DNA of 63,838 nucleotides, counting the filler, from Collodictyon triciliatum (taxonomy: Eukaryota), in the NCBI GenBank assembly GCA_043381765.1. It is 15 parts of 15 records of this genome, joined end to end, with 100 filler letters (N's around TTAATTAATTAA, not from the genome) between each part and the next. Parts side by side here need not be neighbours in the genome. Positions count along the whole stretch, not along the records: positions 58,147 to 62,512 come from JBHJMP010006182.1; positions 62,613 to 63,838 come from JBHJMP010006275.1; 13 more parts are not named here. One strand, given 5' to 3'. Numbering within the stretch: the first letter of the stretch is position 1; each line of letters opens with the position of its first letter. Positions 59,400 through 63,838 of this stretch are shown one piece after another. The translations under genes were made by a program, and so were the position numbers. Under the pieces are notes generated by a model. That model searched no databases. It saw nothing but the letters and a program-made list of their open reading frames with translations, and was not told the DNA's origin.

Positions 59400-59992
59400 C
59401 CTTTCAATTTTGAGCAGGATGGTGGAGATGTTGGATTTGGTTCGCTAGCCATCGTTTACATGGACGCTACTTGTTGGCCGGGTGGCAGAGAAGTAGTCAG
59501 TAATCAGGAATTGCATCCTGCGGTTTGGCCTGTAGCCTGGGCCTTGTGCTTGCATGAGGGAGACAAGGCGAGGTTTAATATCTTTCTCAGCCTCTTTCCA
59601 CATGTCTCTTCTCACAGGGTCTGAGTAGTAGAGAACGTGCTGGTGGCGAAGGAAACTGTTGAGGAAAGAAATTTGTATGATGTCATCCAGCCTATAATCG
59701 GGAATGGGTGGCTGGTTGTTGAGTCTTGCTTTGCGTGAGTATATGTCCGCTATCCACATAGTCCATAGCAAATGGCCTCGCGTCACTTCCCAGAATCTTT
59801 TTTCGCATCTGAACGCAGTTGTTGCAGATACTCAAATATCGCCTGGAATGGGCCAACAGCTGCAGCCATCTTGAGTGTCAGTCGGAGAATCTCGCTGGCT
59901 GTTTCGCGCAGGGTTTGAGCGTATAATCATCGCACATATGTGCGCTCGATGGATTCATCACCGTTGCTGCAAAGTGTGCATTATTGGTCCAT
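59400..59992 (-). mobile_element. 5'-truncated, degenerate L1/Tx1-like LINE 3' end, a family related to 29630-30430
   Basis: DQ*CTLCSNGDESIERTYVR* (decayed CCHC), one frameshift, then FWEVTRGHLLWTMW...SFLNSFLRH..LYYSD..RRDMW...QFLITDYF, matching the other element block by block. AATAAAAAA lies ~50 nt after the stop. Confidence 0.85.
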
Positions 59993-60672
59993 GGATTTAT
60001 GTGTCCTATAATTAAGTTGTATCTAATTCGTGTGATTAATCAATATCATGTCTCGTCTCACAATGGATAATAAATCATGGTTGGTTACAGGAATTTTTAT
60101 AAGCTAAATACAGAAAACTCTGCTCAAAAGAAAATAAAAGAATAATTCAATATTAGCTCAGCGGCTTTGGAGAAAATAATACGTGCTGTATTACGCCAAT
60201 CTGCAAGACCTCGCTCAATCCTCTCTAATTATGTATATTCCATAAACTAGCGCCATCATTCTGCATTTATTTCGCTCATAGTTTTCTATTTTATTTCATT
60301 TTATATTTTTCTTTGAATCGAGTAAAAGGAAAAATTACCGGCAGAGCGGGGNNNNNNNNNNNNNNNNNNNNNNNNNNNNNNNNNNNNNNNNNNNNNNNNN
60401 NNNNNNNNNNNNNNNNNNNNNNNNNNNNNNNNNNNNNNNNNNNNNNNNNNNNNNNNNNNNNNNNNNNNNNNNNNNNNNNNNNNNNNNNNNNNNNNNNNNN
60501 NNNNNNNNNNNNNNNNNNNNNNNNNNNNNNGTATTGTATTCTATTGTATTGCAGCTTAATGTAATGCTTAATACCATTATGCACTGTTTTGCCTATACTG
60601 TTCAGTCTAATGCAAAATATGTCACAATTACGTAGCGTTTCAGATTTACTAACACAATTAAACTGTGCACAA

Positions 60673-62085
60673 TTATTTTTTATTGGCTCTAGAGAGATTT
60701 TCTACTTCATTTGATATTCTGCTGAGTGTTTCCATCATTTGCACAATTTTTGCATTCTGCTGGTCCAACCGCAAAAGCAGTTGATATCCAAGATTTGGGG
60801 AAATGGTATCAGGATGTGAGGCGGGGTATGTTAGAGGCACAGTATTTGAGGATTGTTTCAGTCCATGGTTCATCGACTCGCCTTTCAAGTTTGTTGGTTC
60901 GAGAATGTGAGCTATGTGCATATGTGTAGAATGTAAAACTGTTTGTTCAACATACATACATACATACATACATACATACATACATACATACATACATACA
61001 TACATACATACATACATACATACATACATACATACATACATACATACATACATGATTATTAAGGGTACCTATCTGCATGGTTTGCCATTCCTGCTCGCGA
61101 TGTCCGGTATGGGATGATAACACCAGAGCCTTTTTAGCAGTAACTTGGGGATCTGCGTGTTCTTTCAAACCCGACAACTTTTCTTGTAATTCTGCTGTAT
61201 ATGACTCTGGTAGCATGTCATCGTCCACTGCGTGGACAAAGGCATTGAATAAGTCGTATTCCTTCTGATTCAGGGTGTGTTTCCTTTTTGCCTAAATAAT
61301 ATCATAGAATCCGTTCTCAAAGGCAGCTAGGTGAGCGATGGTATGCCGATTGTTTTTATGGCATTTTTGTTGATAGGAAAGAAAATAACTGCTGTTGATT
61401 CTATTGGGTTATGTATTCAAAGAATTGCATTATATTCATCACATTTCAGTGATGTAGATACTTTTAGAGCACTTACAGATTTCATGTTCTTTATCTTTAT
61501 CCTAACACTCTCAATTGAAGTGTGAAGCATAGGGGAGATGAAGTTTGCTATACGAGCCAGTCCATCAGCAGAATCCTCTTTGTATGCGTGCCGGTGAAAA
61601 ACGCAGGCCAGCAGCAATGTATGTACCTCTCCAGGACTCCATCTCTTTCGGTTGAACTTTTCTTGCTTTCTCGTAAGTGCATCATCGTCTCCGGCTTCAA
61701 CATCGCCTTCATCAGCACTTTTTCTTCTCCTTTTGACCATCTTTGGGGTTTTGGCTGTTTTGTCCTCTGCTTGCAAGTAGGATCCTATCGCCCCGCTGCT
61801 GGATATTCGGCCCTCGTCCAGCCTGTGGAGTTCTTGGACTCTGTCCTCCTCCACAGAACCATTGCCCGAATCGTAGTTGCTGTCTCCTCCTTCGCCAAAG
61901 TACTCGTGCGAGTTGCCGGCCACCTTGACGGCAGCCGTCTTGGACACGAATCGGTCGAAGGCACCCGATTCTGCTTGCGCTGTGCTGCTCTGATCTGTGC
62001 TGGCGCTTTTGTGGCTTTTGCTTCTCTTCAGGGCGGCTCGATCGGGCTCTGCAGAGAGGCTCGAAGGCTGTCGGGCTCCAGACAT
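60673..62085 (-). CDS. Myb/SANT-like (trihelix-type) DNA-binding domain protein, about 3 exons
   Basis: Acidic/basic disordered N-terminus, then RKRWSPGEVHTLL...GLARIANFI...SIESVRIKIKNMK (W..EE...LL / IA / V..K..N.K pattern). Later exons are at ~61290-61070 and ~60950-60673, the latter coiled coil. Confidence 0.55.
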
Positions 62086-62822
62086 CGGGTCTTGTTTTCT
62101 CTTGGGTCGGTCACACGCCAAACACTGCCAGTTGGTTGGATATGCAGAAACTGTTTCCTGTGTCTGGCTGCTTGGGCTTGATTGCTGGGTGGCGAAGTCC
62201 TTTTTTAAAGATCAGAGCATGAAAGGGAATATGCAAAAACGCGGATCTCTTCTGCTGAAGGTTTTCTGTTATGTGTCATTGTCATTTAGATATGAAGATA
62301 TTTTGTGGTTTCTTTGTTCCTCCATACTGTTTTTCATTCGTTACTTTGGGTGAATGAAAGAGTGAAAGGGTTGCTTGGCTATTATTTCTTTTTGAGATTG
62401 TTTTTGATGGTTTTTTTATTATTGTTTTTTATTATTGTTTTTTATTATTGTTTTTTATTATTGTTTTTTATTATTGTTTTTTATTATTGTTTTTTATTAT
62501 TGTTTTTTATTANNNNNNNNNNNNNNNNNNNNNNNNNNNNNNNNNNNNNNNNNNNNTTAATTAATTAANNNNNNNNNNNNNNNNNNNNNNNNNNNNNNNN
62601 NNNNNNNNNNNNTATGTTTTTATTATGTTTTTATTATGTTTTTATTATGTTTTTATTATGTTTTTATTATGTTTTTATTATGTTTTTATTATGTTTTTAT
62701 TATGTTTTTATTATGTGTTCATTATCATTTTCATTTTTTCATAATTTTTAAGAAAAAAATCAACTTTCTCTCATTTGTGGCTCGTTTTTGCTTTTTGTAG
62801 CTTACCTATGTAATTTCAAAAG

Positions 62823-63838
62823 GAAATACTGAGACTATAGCTAGGAAGCAAAGGGATGGGAGTTATAAACTTTACGGACTCAAGTACTTTACATCTGCGG
62901 CAACATCAGAAGTGGCGGTGACTCTGGCGCGAATTGAAGATGAAAATGGGAGGGCAATACCAGTTAGTATATATTAAAAAATACGAAAAGGATATCTTGG
63001 AATCAGCACAATCCTAAATTATGAAACAAAATATTATAATATTCAGTTTATTTTAACCTTGGATTTGAATTATAGCGCGTCGACTTTAATTTTCATGAAA
63101 TAATGTACTGATTCTATTATATCCTCTGTATTTCAAACTGTAGGGCAGCAAAGGCCTTTCATGTTTCTATCTATTTACACACAAAGAAAACGCATCAAGA
63201 TTGAATGAAATCCAAATTCGCCGCCTGAAGAACAAGCTTGGTACTCGCTCACTGCCCACCGCCGAATTGGAACTGCTTGGAACACCAGCTGTCTTGCTGG
63301 GAGATGTTGGGCGCGGTGTACGGACAATATCTGTTTTATTCAACATTACGCGAATCTACAACGCAGCTTGTGCTGTTTCTACTATGCGCCGCGGCTTTGC
63401 TCTTGCACAAGATTACGCGACAAAACGGAGAGTCTTTGGCTGCCTGCTGATTGAGCAGCCGCTTCATGCGCGCACACTTGCCTCCATGCAAATGGAGATA
63501 CAGGCAGGCTTATTGCTTGTATTGGATATCGCACACCTACTCGGCCGTGTTGAGACGAAGCTTGTTGCAAATAAGGGAACTCGTGATACAAATGAGCTTG
63601 ATAGACCCGGTAACGAAGATGAAGACTCTGTTCTGTTACGAATATTGACTCCCCTTGCCAAGCTCTATACAGCCAAGCAGGCCGTTTCTCAGGCCTCAGA
63701 GGTGCTTGAGTGTTTTGGTGGTGCTGGCTATATGGAAGATACCGGACTTCCTCGTCTACTGAAGGAGGCACAAGTTCTACCCATCTGGGAAGGAACTACC
63801 AACGTCCTGTCCCTAGATGTGTTTCGTGCTCTTGCCAC
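62823..63838 (+). CDS. Acyl-CoA dehydrogenase, AidB-like subfamily, partial; exons 62823-62962 and 63144->63838
   Basis: [105 protein letters not shown]. Confidence 0.93.

Overview
This is not one continuous locus. It is 15 short (~4.3-4.5 kb) scaffolds of a fragmented draft eukaryotic genome, joined by an artificial 100-bp spacer (44 N + TTAATTAATTAA + 44 N), so adjacency across spacers means nothing. The organism is an intron-rich (GT-AG), microsatellite-rich eukaryote using the standard code, probably a flagellated protist (LRRC45-like, AXDND1-like, AP-4 mu, LAMTOR2). Genes recognised by manual splicing and motif recall, not database searches: LRRC45-like, a pseudokinase-PAH fusion, a RasGEF last exon, a Zn/NADP alcohol dehydrogenase, BLTP2/hobbit-like, a GT-C-like membrane protein, AXDND1-like, a spartin/senescence-domain protein, a patatin TAG lipase, a NACHT-TPR protein, TOP3A, an ER DnaJ, a THH1/TOM1-type 7TM protein, LAMTOR2, AP4M1, a Myb/SANT-like protein and an AidB-type acyl-CoA dehydrogenase. 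Three L1/Tx1-like LINE fragments are also present. Best leads: (1) two diverged LINE families both end ORF2 with a canonical PCNA-binding PIP box, one matching the full CRL4-Cdt2 PIP-degron; (2) a Pelle/IRAK/RLK-like pseudokinase fused in frame to Sin3-type PAH domains; (3) an NLR-like NACHT-TPR gene built from tandem 126-nt one-repeat-per-exon cassettes; (4) an intronless >1430-aa coiled-coil ORF that may be an endogenous viral gene.
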